DNA of 63,990 nt, filler included, from Octopus bimaculoides (Eukaryota): assembly GCF_001194135.2 (NCBI RefSeq). It is 6 parts of 5 records of this genome, joined end to end, with 100 filler letters (N's around TTAATTAATTAA, not from the genome) between each part and the next. Parts side by side here need not be neighbours in the genome. Positions count along the whole stretch, not along the records: positions 26,443 to 51,645 come from NC_068981.1; 5 more parts are not named here. One strand, given 5' to 3'. The notes beneath the pieces were generated by a model that was not told the DNA's origin, did not search any database, and saw nothing but the letters and a program-made list of their open reading frames with translations. Shown here in pieces: positions 36,610 through 48,680 of the stretch. Position numbers and translations under genes: made by a program. Within the stretch, counting starts at the first letter, position 1; every line of letters starts with the position of its first letter.

Positions 36610-36759
36610 CCTACATATGTTTTACCATTCCAAACAACCATTGTTTGGAACTCTGCATGGGGTGTTCAGAGTGCAATTGGATGTTTAATGACAACGGTTC
36701 GTCAAGGGAAGATCCAATGCTGTTGTTCCAAACAACCACAATGGCAAAACATACGTAGG
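36610..36759. mobile_element. 150-bp MITE-like inverted repeat
   Basis: CCTACATATGTTTTACCATT...TTGTTTGGAAC pairs with GTTCCAAACAACCACAATGGCAAAACATACGTAGG. Confidence 0.65.
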
Positions 36760-37109
36760 GACAAATGATTTAAATTTGTGTTTACTGTAATTTATTCTAC
36801 CTTTGTTCTGTATATATCATCACCAGTAATACTACTAAGTCTAGTAATAACAGCCATACGGTTATACTGGAAACATCATCATCGTCATCATTTAACGTCC
36901 TCTTTCCATGCTAGCATGGGTTGGACGATTTGACCGGGGACTGGTGAACCAGATGTCTACACCAGGCTCCAATCTGATATGGCAGAGTTTCTACAGCTGG
37001 ATGACTTTCCTAATGCCAACCACTCCAAGAGTGTAGTGGGTGCTTTTTACGTGCCACCGGCACAAGGGCCAGTCAGGTGGTACTGGTAACGGCCATGCTC
37101 AAAATGGAA

Positions 37110-37333
37110 ATTCGCACCTCTTCGGTGCCACGAAAGATGGGTTGAGAGGCAAACATTATTCCAGTGACAAGGAAGTGAAAACTGTTGTGAAGAAGTAGCT
37201 CAAAGAACAGTCAACAGAATTTTACGGGGCAGGGATACATGCTCCCATTTGAAGGTGGAACATTGCTATTGAGAGAAACGGTGATTATGTTGAGAAGTAG
37301 GGATGTGATCCACAGGGGACCAGCTTCATTTTG
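37110..37333 (+). mobile_element. mariner transposase C-terminal remnant (second subfamily)
   Basis: HLFGATKDGLRGKHYSSDKEVKTVVKK*LKEQSTEFYGAGIHA..RWNIAIERNGDYVEK*, with stops. Confidence 0.85.
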
Positions 37334-37343
37334 NNNNNNNNNN

Positions 37344-37392
<49 letters not shown>

Positions 37393-37834
37393 GTCTGAGA
37401 GGAAATATCTTCATTGGCATATTTCATTAAAAACATCAGAGCAAAACGAACAATGTTACAACAGTGACATACTAAGATGGTAGACATGTTTTGCTCTGCT
37501 TTTGATCCATTTGTCATCTGCTAAATGTATATACATTGATGGCTATTTTAATTTAATGCTGTTCCAATTGCAGTCACAGAATTTTATTACAGCCTGGCAA
37601 ACACTCTCCAATATCAGTGAATACATTTTTTGCTGGTTTTTTTATATCAAAGCAGAAACTTTGTCCTTCAATTTTTGTTAGGTACTGACCTCCATGTTAA
37701 ATTCTTCTCATGGTATTTTCACTGCATAATGCCATGTTTCTTGTTTCAAGTACAATCAATTCAACCTGTTTTTCATGATATTGAAATTGTTTATGTATAT
37801 TAAGAATTCTTTCTTGAATATTTTCCTGTTTTAG

Positions 37835-37951
37835 GGAATCATTGAACCTTTTAGCTCTTTTGATGTACCGCTGACTATAAAAACTGGATGTCTCAGAGAT
37901 TTGGTGGCTCCAGCCTATTTTAAAGTCTTTGGTAGTTCTGAATATATTACA
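37835..37951 (+). CDS. HYDIN: HYDIN exon (GIIEPFSSFDVPLTIKTGCLRDLVAPAYFKVFGSSEYIT); not in the ORF track
   Basis: TTTTCCTGTTTTAG acceptor and ACA|GTAAGT donor; 117 nt, phase 0-0; aligns with the recalled GVISPSSTIHIPL...IFGSQDPPL. Confidence 0.92.
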
Positions 37952-38148
37952 GTAAGTCATTTTACTTGTAATCATCCTGTATTTTGAAACTAAAATCACA
38001 CACACACACACACGTTTATGCTAATTTGTTGTCATGTTCTATTTTAATGATAAATTTATTTTGCTCAGTTCTTCATTATTTTTAAAATTAATTGAAACAA
38101 TGGTAGAATATCTCAAAAGGTTAAATAGATAACTGATGAATGGCTGAT

Positions 38149-38240
38149 AAAAGACTTGAGTGATGCTAAAAGACTTATTGAGTGATGCTAAAAGACTTAT
38201 TGAGTGATGCTAAAAGACATATTGAGTGATGCTAAAAGAC
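38149..38240 (+). repeat. about 4 x 22-bp minisatellite (AAAAGACTTATTGAGTGATGCT)
   Basis: Directly visible. Confidence 0.9.
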
Positions 38241-38334
38241 CTTCAGCATTTTTGATGATTTCAGAAACATGGTTTGTTCAAAACTGATTATTGCTGACAA
38301 TGATGCCAATAATGGTAATAATTTTTTGTTTTAG

Positions 38335-38484
38335 GTTGAGATTTCATGTTATGGGGAAGGACCTGTGGTACACGTCACACCACTTGAGGTTGACTGGGGT
38401 ACCATTAGTGTACTGAAGGACGTAGAAAGGAGAATCACTTTGTTAAATGAATCTCCAATTCCTGCTACCTTCGAAGCAAGCATG
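38335..38484 (+). CDS. HYDIN: HYDIN exon (VEISCYGEGPVVHVTPLEVDWGTISVLKDVERRITLLNESPIPATFEASM)
   Basis: TTTTTTGTTTTAG acceptor and ATG|GTGAGT donor; 150 nt, phase 0-0; GEGPV and VDxGxIxVLKD motifs. Confidence 0.96.
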
Positions 38485-39213
38485 GTGAGTTGTGCAATTT
38501 TAGATATATTAATTAATACTACAAGTATTAATATTTTAACGTAGTTGGTGCCATATAAAAAGCACTGATGATGGTGCCACGTAAAAAGTACTTGTGCTGG
38601 TGTCAGATAAAAAGCACTGGTGCCACATAAACAGTACCCATTACACTGTGGAGTGGTTGGCATTAGGAAGGGGACCCAGCTGTAGAAATCCAACCAAAAC
38701 AGACGATGGAGTATGGCCTTGTCAGCTCCTGTCAAACCATCCAACCCATGCCAGTATGGATGATGGATGATGATGATGATGATGTGTACGCACGTGTCAA
38801 ATGATGATAAATGATGTACTCATACACACACACACATACACACATAACGTCAATGTCCAGAATTTTTGTATGAGAAAAATATGGGTCATGATTTAGAAAT
38901 GTTTCCTGATTTAAAGCATTAAAATATTTTAGTTTTAGAAAATCAATATTGCTTTAAATAACTTGGTATAATTTCTCTTTCATAGTTGAAATTCTGAAAT
39001 ATATGTTTTATATATTTTGAGAATTTTTATAATATATATTAAACAACATAGGAATCTCTTATTTTCAAATTTTTTTTTACCAAAATTCAATAAGGACAAT
39101 ATGAAGTTTTTTTCATCTTTTTATTTTGTTAAAATTTTAATAAATTTATGTGTTCTTTTCATTTGTATTTTAATAGCCTTCTCTAAACTGTTATTTTCCT
39201 TCTGTCTCTGCAG

Positions 39214-39317
39214 AGCCGACCGAACTCATTCTTTCATGTCAGTCCAAAGGAAGGAGTGATTTTACCCGAAGAAAAAATGATTCTAACATTGAATGCCAAC
39301 ATTAATGATATCATTAA
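39214..39317 (+). CDS. HYDIN: HYDIN exon (SRPNSFFHVSPKEGVILPEEKMILTLNANINDII)
   Basis: TCTGTCTCTGCAG acceptor and AA|GTATGG donor in phase 2; PxEGxxxPE and LxANxND motifs. Confidence 0.93.
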
Positions 39318-39829
39318 GTATGGATTCAGAATTTTTACACTCTCATATTTAAAATTCATATTATATTTCATACTTTGAAATTGTTCTTGTCTGGCAAATA
39401 ATTTGATCTGAGGCTGTGTGTTGAAACTAAAACATATACAGTGTGGAAGACACATTTTAGCAATTCAAAAACTGTAGAGTACTCAGCCACTTGCATGTTA
39501 ATTTCACAAGCTGGCTGTTCCATTGATCGGATCAACTGGGCCCTTGTCATCATAACTTGTGGAGTGCCAATTCAGTTCAGAATTAAACAGTGGCCTAGTG
39601 GTTAGGGTGTTGGATTCATGATCATAAGACTGTGGTTTCAATTCCTGGACTTGATCATATGTTGTGTTCTTGAGCAAGACACTTCATTTCACATTGCTCT
39701 AACCCACTCAGCTGGTGAAAACAAGTTTTCCTGCAATGGACTAGCATCCCATTCCAGTGGGATTGTATATGCCAGAGAATCTGGAAAAACCAACCAGTGA
39801 GTCTGTATGACTTGGAAGGAGCCAGAGGC

Positions 39830-39915
39830 AAACGGTCAAGAAATGTTAGTCTGGACAATACCTGTCATGTTGATGTATACAGTACTGTTATAGACTAACA
39901 ATTTCTTGACTGTTT
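39830..39915 (+). repeat. ~24-bp-arm stem-loop immediately 5' of a hammerhead motif
   Basis: AAACGGTCAAGAAAT-GTTAGTCT pairs with AGACTAACAATTTCTTGACTGTTT (1 mismatch, 1 indel). Confidence 0.85.
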
Positions 39916-39916
39916 A

Positions 39917-39952
39917 CTTCTGATGAGGAGCCTTCCTGCCCGAAATATAAAG
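39917..39952 (+). ncRNA. minimal type I hammerhead ribozyme motif with intact core
   Basis: CTT-CTGATGA-GG(A)GC cttcct GCCC-GAAA-TA-T-A-AAG: all core positions present, palindromic ATAT at helix III, but only a 3-bp stem I. Confidence 0.55.
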
Positions 39953-40071
39953 ATTATTAATCTTTTTTGGTTTTTGCATTGTAAGAAGCTCTCCATCTTC
40001 ATAATTTTGTTATTTCACTTCTTTATTACAATGCTCCAAATAAACTACAATGTTCTTCCTTCAAATTTCAG

Positions 40072-40206
40072 TTTTGAAGACAAGATTAATATTAAATTTG
40101 GAGACAATTCAGAAAGATTTGTGATCTTGAAAGCATTTGGTGAAGGCAGTACCATTGTGGCTGACCCACCACTGTCATCTGTCTTAAACCTTGGCCCACA
40201 TTTCAG
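40072..40206 (+). CDS. HYDIN: HYDIN exon (FEDKINIKFGDNSERFVILKAFGEGSTIVADPPLSSVLNLGPHF)
   Basis: AAATTTCAG acceptor in phase 2 and AG|GTAAGT donor; GxGSTIVxDxP and LNLGxHF motifs. Confidence 0.96.
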
Positions 40207-42115
40207 GTAAGTAAATTTTAATGAGCACTCTTTATGAGCAATTGATTTAAAATTCATTACTCTGCTTGAAGGCAATACGAACTGGCAATGTAATGAAACT
40301 TAGCAAGATGAAGTTGATTGGGAAAAATTTCATCTGAAAATGCAATATATTTTGATAAATTTTTATTATAATTGTATTATAGTATACTTAAATACATACA
40401 CGCACACACACACACCTATAGATATAACATGCATATAGGTATAAATATATCATAGCTGACATTGAAGATTGATGCAACCCTGCAACTTGCCACCTTGTGT
40501 CAAATATCTAACCTATGCTAACATGGAAAACAGATGTTAAATGATGATGATGATAATGATGAAGATATATATATATATATATATAAAAGAAGACAAAAAA
40601 TGGGACAAGAATGCAAAAAAGGGACAACAAAACATCCAGGCAGTTAGATGATACAAAAAGGGACAAGAAAGGACAGGTCATTTGGAGTTTTCTTTTGTCA
40701 GTCAAGATCCAGATTATCCTTGCAATTTCGGCTGGTTATTCTCGATATTGCTCCACTCTGCCCCAAGGAAAAATTAAGCTAAGAGCATTAGATTCCTCGG
40801 AAGAAGGCAGCGAATGTATATGAAAACAAGGACAGAAAAAAAAAAAACGGAGAAATGGTACATAAATAAAATGCAAACAACAGTACATTAACAACAGGTG
40901 TCTTTTGACTAAGGATGAAGTGTGTGTGAAAGTGAAGCCTTACAGCAGGGACATAAGAGATAACAGGCATGGGAAGGAATAGCGATGTTGCACAGATGGT
41001 AGTCGAACTAAGAAAGAAAGGTCAGGCTTGGCAGAACACCGGTCACATGGAGAGAGAGGTAGAGGCAGAGGAATAGAAGAATTAGGGAAGGACGAGAAAA
41101 AAAGAATAAGGACAGAGTGAAGTGAAAAAGGAAGGAAGGTGAGAATGAAGGGAAGACCAGGAAATGCGAGAGAGGGGGAATGAAAGAAGGAAGAATGGAA
41201 AGAACGAAGTAAGTGTGAAGGGACTGATAGAAATAATGAGAGAATAAGAGTGTCGTACAAAATTTATATGTATATATATATATGTATATTATCATTATTA
41301 ATAAATCTCAGGGTAGCAAAAAAAATTTTTAGAAATTCTATTTGCTACCAGTGGTCTAGTGAGAAGAAAAAAATTAGTCAATAGACTATATAGTATTCAT
41401 ATAAATACAGTGTACATTCCAAAGGCAAAATAATGTTGTATAGAGGAGTATAGAGGATCAAAAGAAATTCAAAAGGTATGAGGAGAAAAAATTCAAAAGG
41501 TGTGAAGAGAAAAAAATACAAGAGGAGAAGAAAAGTAAAAACAAGGAGGGAAAGAAGGAGAAAGAAGGAAGAAAGGAAGAAGACGAAAAGAAAAAAGAAA
41601 GGGAGTGAGAGAGAGAGACAATGTATGGATTGAGAGAAAACAGTAAGAAAAATGGATTAAAAAGCCCAACAGAAAGTTCAAAAGAGTTCAGAAAAGTTCA
41701 AAAGGGTTCAAGTGTTGTGGTGTATTGGAGCGATTTCTCATCAATGGAAAAGTCCAGTGAAATCCATGGGTATGTAGGAGAGGTGCAGAAAATCCAGGTA
41801 GAAGTCCGAAGTATGAAATATTTTAGTACACAATTTACTTTTATGAATGGTGTTAGATACATTGTTTCATATTCTTTAAGAAAAAATATATTGTTTTCAT
41901 AGCAAAAAACAAGATTGCTTTATTTGTATAAATCAGATGATATTCTTTCAAAATGAAGAATAAAGAATTAAAAGTTGATTGTGAGAGATGAATAAAATTT
42001 TTGACTAATTCATCTTGATTAAAGAGCAATTTGTTTGTGCATGCATGCATGCATGGCTGCACAACTGCATGTGAGTGACTTACAGACCTGTAAAATATTT
42101 CTTTAGTAAATATTG

Positions 42116-42680
42116 TAAGGAGCGGCTGTGTGGTAAGTAGCTTGCTTACCAGCCACATGGTTCTGGGTTCAGTCCTACTGTTTGGCACCTTGGGCAAGTG
42201 TCTTCTACTATAGCCTCGGGCCGACCAAAGCCATGTGAGTGGATTTGGTAGATGGAAACTGGAAAGAAGCGGCAGAAATGTTAGCACACTGGGCGAAATG
42301 CTTAGTGGTATTTCATCTGTCTTTACATTCTGAGTTTGAATTCCGCTGAGGTCGACTTTGCCTTTCATCCTTTCAGGATCAATAAATTAAGTACCAGTTA
42401 CGCACTGGGGTCGATGTAATCAACTTAATCCGTTTGCCTGTCCTTGTTTGTCCCCTCTANNNNNNNNNNTGTTTGTGTGTCTGTGTTTGTTTCCCCAACA
42501 TTGCTTGACAACCGATGCTGGTGTGTTTATGTCTACGTCCCCGTAACTTAGCAGTTCGGTAAAAGAGACCAATAGAATAAGTACTAGGCTTACAAAGAAT
42601 AAGTCCTGGGGTCGATTTGCTCGACTAAAGGTGGTGCTCCAGCATGGCCACAGTCAAATGACTGAAACAAGTAAAAGAGT
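42116..42680 (+). mobile_element. composite SINE: CCTTGGGCAAGTG-core copy interrupted by a second SINE family (about 42271-42430)
   Basis: Head GCGGCTGTGTGGTAAGTAGCTTG, inserted GGCAGAAATGTTAGCAC... segment, tail ...GACTGAAACAAGTAAAAGAGTAAA. Confidence 0.75.
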
Positions 42681-42734
42681 AAATGAGCTTTATTGTGACA
42701 TTCGTTTAATTAGCAAAATATAATTATGTTTCAG

Positions 42735-42891
42735 TAACAAAACTTTAAAAAAGAGAATAGTTTTCACTAACAAAGGTCGACGGCAGCAACAAGTTAACTG
42801 GGTCATCCAAACAAATACGTTACATTTACCAAAACTTAGCAAACAGGAGACACAACTATCAAAATTAAGTGATAAACAAATTTCTGCAAAG
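42735..42891 (+). CDS. HYDIN: HYDIN exon (NKTLKKRIVFTNKGRRQQQVNWVIQ...SDKQISAK); not in the ORF track
   Basis: TATGTTTCAG acceptor in phase 2 and AAG|GTTAGT donor; NKGRRxQQxxW motif. Confidence 0.93.
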
Positions 42892-43440
42892 GTTAGTGTT
42901 TCTCCTTTTTAATGTTTCTTTTTTCTTTTAATTGATGAATTTCTTCACCACCAGTGAATGCTCCTTTCATGCAGTCCTCCCCACCACCTTTTATGTGTAC
43001 ACCATCTCATTCTGCCAGTGAGAACCCCAGCTATCTCTGTCACTCACTGTTTCCACTCCTATGTATCTCTGACCTTGTCCCTGGCACTGTGCTTCTCTCT
43101 TTCCTCCTCTCACACATCTGCCTCTCTCCTTTCATGATCTTATGAACTTAACCTACCTACTCACCCTGCCTGATCCACTCTTCCACTTATATTCTCTTTT
43201 CTTCAACTTGAAAGCATGTCCTGGCACATCTTTACCACCATCTATCGTCTTTTCCAACTGGAATGGCCACATATCTCCTCAACAGCAGGACACCTGTTCC
43301 TGTCTTTCTACTATGTTTTAATGTGAAATAAAGTGTCTTGCTGAAGAATGCAACACACAGCCCAGTCTGTTTTACTGCAGAACAGATACTCGGCAACCCA
43401 ACTCTTCCATTTGTCTAACACAACGTACAAAATGCAATGG

Positions 43441-43650
43441 ATTAGTTCATTTGCATCACAAAACTCCAGAAGCCTTGATCTCTTCTCATTTCTAGAACCA
43501 GCTCCACAGTCAGCATGGACTCTGCAGCAGCTTTCATCATGCTGTCCAGTAGATTCACTGATGCCGTTAGCCATGATAACAATGCTGCTGTCATTTGTGA
43601 TTGTAATTTGTTTGCAAAACAACCTCATAGAGGCAATACTTTTGCTTCTC
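43441..43650 (-). mobile_element. RTE-clade APE endonuclease fragment
   Basis: GQH...VHADCGAGSRNEKRSRLLEFCDANEL resembles the RTE motif VHGGYGxGxRNEEGxRLLEFC. Confidence 0.8.
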
Positions 43651-44553
43651 AGTTAATCCTGATTGTGGGGTGTAGGCAGAGGTAACCATTATCATTACCT
43701 TATTTATAAGCAGTCTCAGCTTTGGCCCAGTGGCTAGGGTGTTGTACTCACGATTGTTGGATCCTGGTTTTGATTTCTAGACCAGCCAATGCATTGTGTT
43801 CTTGAGCAAAATATTTCATTTCAAATTGCTCCAGTCCACTCAGCTGTGAGTTCCAGCAATAGATAGGAAGTTGACCCTGTGACAGACCGGCATCCCATTC
43901 AGTGTGTGGGGAGTGTTGTAATCTCAGTGGCTTAAATGCCATGGAGACCAGGTTAAACTCTGGCCTTATGAGTCCTAGACTTATGAGTCTAAGCTTAATT
44001 ATTCCCTCACTCTTGTTACTTTAATTACATTATCTACCCATTTTTCAACCAGCAGAATGCCAACTCCACCTAAACCAGCATTGTTACCTATTCAGAAGAA
44101 TTTGGACCTCTGTTCTTTGATTGTGAGGAGGTTAGCTGAGACTCTCCTCCATCTTACCTCTTGCACACAGCACACAACTACTTGCCTGTGCTGCAGCATC
44201 TCTGTAATCATTCCAGACCTATCTCTGATTGTATCAACATTAAGTGTGGCAGCCTTGGTTTATTTATTTTATTTTTGCCTGCGAGGATTGTAGTGGGAGA
44301 GTTAATGCTTGACATATCTTTCCTGTGCTTGAAAGGGAATGTGTGATCACTCAATGGTAGAGAGGAGGTCTCATATCCATCTAGCATTCAGTCGCGGGCT
44401 GGAGAGTCTTGTATTCGACCAGTTGTTACTTAAAGTGTGTGTGTGTGGGGTCTCATGCACTGGCAGTGCTCAGTTGTCACAAGCTCTTTAAAGAATTATA
44501 TTTTTTTCTGCAATTAGTATTCGTTAATAATGGTTTAGTTTGTGTTTGTACAG

Positions 44554-44663
44554 ACTTCTACTTCTCCGGAAACCAAAGCATCAGTGTTTGAAATAATTCC
44601 TCATCGCTTCAAATTATTGCCTGGTGAAAGTATGGGTGTATATTTGAAAGGTTTTGTAGAAAA
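44554..44663 (+). CDS. HYDIN: HYDIN exon (TSTSPETKASVFEIIPHRFKLLPGESMGVYLKGFVE)
   Basis: TGTTTGTACAG acceptor and AA|GTAAGT donor in phase 2; aligns with the recalled SPVFHLHP..MELYPG...VILEG. Confidence 0.92.
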
Positions 44664-45498
44664 GTAAGTTGGAACATTGAAATTTTCATTCTTCATTTAT
44701 AATAACATGAAAGCTATTTGTTGTTTTGTTTGCAAAATTGCCATCCTTGCACACATATAAATTACCAAACTTTGAATAACCGTTTCCAATTTACAGCTGA
44801 TTTATTATGATTTAGTTACGTGTCTTTAGAGTAAATAATAGAATAAATACTATTAAAACCACAGCTTGTTTCAAATTAGTGAATTTATAAGCCATAGCAC
44901 TCTTTGATACCAAGATTATGGTTGCTTTGGAATTTATCCTGCATGAAGTGAATCTAATGGTTTTTGTGTGTTATTTTAAATGGCTTATAAACACCTTCCA
45001 CGCTGCAATTGTTTTCGTTCCAGCACATGATCTCAGATCAGGTCACTTGCTATGCAAGTACATCTCCAGAAAATAAGTAATTAAAAATATAAGAAAACCA
45101 ATAGATTATAAAAGTTTTTTGAAAAAAATGAGTGTCATTTTATGCATATGAAACAGCAGAGATTAGAATAGCAATGTGTTAATCATTTATAACAGCTTCA
45201 TGTGTTCATGAATGTGGAATGGTGCTCATTGTGAGATTTAGTTGAGAGAAATTTCCTACTGATTTATATTCGAAACATCAGCTTAATGACAAAGTCGTTT
45301 TAATAAATTCTTCATTTCAAAATTAATTGAAACAAAAACAGTGTATTTCAACAGAAATATGGCAACAGTAGTGTTAAGCTAATTGCATAAAGGTTAATTT
45401 TATAATGTTTTGTAGAATGAAAAATATATATTTGAGCTGATTTAAAGCTTCTCATCTAGAAGTAAGTATTCTTAAAACATTTTCTCATTTACTCATAG

Positions 45499-45649
45499 AC
45501 CTGCTGATATCAATGAGATATTACATTGCTACTCAATTCTTGGCAAGCATGGCGGCAAGAAGTTGGTCATCAATGTCAACGTCAAAGCTCAGTTCATCGA
45601 CCCGTTACTGGATTTCTCCAGAGAAAGCATCTTCTTCAGAACTGACAAG
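45499..45649 (+). CDS. HYDIN: HYDIN exon (PADINEILHCYSILGKHGGKKLVINVNVKAQFIDPLLDFSRESIFFRTDK)
   Basis: TTTACTCATAG acceptor in phase 2 and AAG|GTACTT donor; ExLxCxxIxG and FxxPL motifs. Confidence 0.94.
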
Positions 45650-46082
45650 GTACTTGTGCAGCTACACATACGAGCACACACACACACACACAAACAGATG
45701 TATATACATAAACAGATGTATACACACACACACACACGTATCGGCCTTTCCCTTGGATAACATCAGTGATGTGGAGAGAGGAGGCTGGTATGCATGGACA
45801 ACTGCTGGTCTTCCACAAACAACCTCGCCCGGACTTGTGCCTCGGAGGGTAACTTTCTAGGTGCAATCCCATGGTCATTCATGACCAAAGGGGGGTCTCC
45901 TCCTGTACATACTTACATGTATATATACATTATCTGTCAGCACTCACACATAGCAGGCTTCTTTCATTTTCTATCAAATCTATTCCCAAGGCTTTAGTTA
46001 ACCTGGGACCAAGCAGTAGAACTGAACCAGAAAATGCCTAAGTGGGGAGTGAACTTCTTAACCACACAGCCACATAAACAAA

Positions 46083-46122
<40 letters not shown>

Positions 46123-48680
46123 TGAGGAGGGTATTGGATTTAACCAAACCCCAGAGGATACAGGTAATACCGAGTAAGTGCTGTATACCGATTAGTTTGC
46201 CCCAATCATTGTATGAACAGGATTGGGTATTATAAGTCGTGTATTAGCGTATGTTCCAACATAAATTTCCGGATTATTCACACAAGGATTACTTTGCACG
46301 AATTTCTACACGGATATTTACCACTGGAATGAAACTACACTTTAAGTACTGTTCTCTCTTTTTTCAGCACATCACACTCTTTACCGCTTCATACTAAANN
46401 NNNNNNNNNNNNNNNNNNNNNNNNNNNNNNNNNNNNNNNNNNNNNNNNNNNNNNNNNNNNNNNNNNNNNNNNNNNNNNNNNNNNNNNNNNNNNNNNNNNN
46501 NNNNNNNNNNNNNNNNNNNNNNNNNNNNNNNNNNNNNNNNNNNNNNNNNNNNNNNNNNNNNNNNNNNNNNNNNNNNNNNNNNNNNNNNNNNNNNNNNNNN
46601 NNNNNNNNNNNNNNNNNNNNNNNNNNNNNNNNNNNNNNNNNNNNNNNNNNNNNNNNNNNNNNNNNNNNNNNNNNNNNNNNNNNNNNNNNNNNNNNNNNNN
46701 NNNNNNNNNNNNNNNNNNNNNNNNNNNNNNNNNNNNNNNNNNNNNNNNNNNNNNNNNNNNNNNNNNNNNNNNNNNNNNNNNNNNNNNNNNNNNNNNNNNN
46801 NNNNNNNNNNNNNNNNNNNNNNNNNNNNNNNNNNNNNNNNNNNNNNNNNNNNNNNNNNNNNNNNNNNNNNNNNNNNNNNNNNNNNNNNNNNNNNNNNNNN
46901 NNNNNNNNNNNNNNNNNNNNNNNNNNNNNNNNNNNNNNNNNNNNNNNNNNNNNNNNNNNNNNNNNNNNNNNNNNNNNNNNNNNNNNNNNNNNNNNNNNNN
47001 NNNNNNNNNNNNNNNNNNNNNNNNNNNNNNNNNNNNNNNNNNNNNNNNNNNNNNNNNNNNNNNNNNNNNNNNNNNNNNNNNNNNNNNNNNNNNNNNNNNN
47101 NNNNNNNNNNNNNNNNNNNNNNNNNNNNNNNNNNNNNNNNNNNNNNNNNNNNNNNNNNNNNNNNNNNNNNNNNNNNNNNNNNNNNNNNNNNNNNNNNNNN
47201 NNNNNNNNNNNNNNNNNNNNNNNNNNNNNNNNNNNNNNNNNNNNNNNNNNNNNNNNNNNNNNNNNNNNNNNNNNNNNNNNNNNNNNNNNNNNNNNNNNAT
47301 TCTTTTGGATCTTTTTTTTGAAACCACTAAGTTATGGGAATGTAAACAAACCAACACAAGTTATCAAGTGATGAGAGGAGACACACACACACACAGAGGG
47401 CTTCTGCACAGTTTCCATGTACTAAATCCACTCACAAGGTTTTAGTTGATCTGGGGCTATAGTAGAAGGCACTTGCCAAAGGTGCCTGTGTTTAATCCCC
47501 CCCGACCATCACTCCATTGTTGGTCATCCCCCTCCCCCATCGTCGGTCACCCCCACACCCCCAAAGTAGTCATCATTTACTGCATCCACCCTTCAACCTT
47601 ACTCCATCTTTACATTGCTGCTTACCTCCACCTCCCTCACACATTCTCCACCTCTCACCTCCATACGCTCCTGCATCCTCCACTCACTCACACTTCTGCT
47701 CCCTCTGTCCCCTCCCACTCGTTTTTACCCACCTTGTACCCTTAATGAACCACCCAGACACCTCATCCTCACTATTTTCATCTCTTCCCATCTCCACCAC
47801 AACCCCCTTCCCCCTGTTCACCTTCTCTCTCCTAAAATGTGAATAACCATGTAGCGCTTCTACAGCAAGAAACCACTTCTGCCGAAGTCGACTTTGCCTT
47901 TCATCCTTTCAGGGTCGATGAATTAAGTACCAGTTTCAGGTAGATGTAATCGACTAGTCCCCTTCCCCTAAATTTCAGGCCTTGTGCCTTTTGTTGTTGT
48001 TGTTGTTGCTGCTGCTGTTGTTGTTGTTATTAAGGCTGTGACTCAGCAGAATTGTTCCCAGGCTGGACAAAATGCTTAATGACATTTCTTCCAACCTTAC
48101 ATTCTTAGTTCAAATCCTGTTGGGGGACGATAAAAATAAGTACCAGTCGAGCACTGGAGTCAATGTAATTGACTTAGCCCCAACACCTGAAATTACCTAA
48201 CCCTAACCCTAACCCCTTGCAGAGGTTGACTTTGCCCTTCATCCTTTTGGGGGTTGATAAAATAAGGAACCAGTTGAGTACTGGCTCAAATCGACTAGCT
48301 CTCACCCACCCTCCACCAAAATTTCAGGCCTTGTGCCTATAGCAGAAAGGTTTGTTGTTGCTGTTGTTGTTGTTATCCTGCAATCTACAGACACATCTGT
48401 CCAATCCCAGGCAAAACCAAAATCATCAATGTCCTCCTTCATAGCAAAATCCAAACCTGGACTCTAATCACATTCAAGCATCCATCGCAAATAGATGCAG
48501 CTTCTTTTGTTTTTAAGGTTGCTTTTCCTTTTTTCTTTTTTCCTTTTTTCTTTAATCCCATTCTTCAAACACTCAAATGTTGAAATTGACAAGAGCAACC
48601 TTCACCATCATCATCATCATCATCGTCGTCGTTGTTGTTTCTGTTGTTTTATTAATCTTCCAATTATTTTGTTTTTCCAG

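Noticed and set aside
40660-40710. Hammerhead-like spacing on the minus strand (CTGACAA...CAAA)
   Set aside because: Both core halves are mutated and no stem II can be formed, so it cannot be supported from this copy.
46368-46398. Strong acceptor just before the 900-N gap, as the start of the missing HYDIN exon
   Set aside because: The required phase-0 frame stops after 9 codons (HITLFTASY*) and no frame resembles the expected peptide.
48196-48215. Three CCCTAA telomere-like units
   Set aside because: Too short to be an interstitial telomere; they lie inside a SINE junction.
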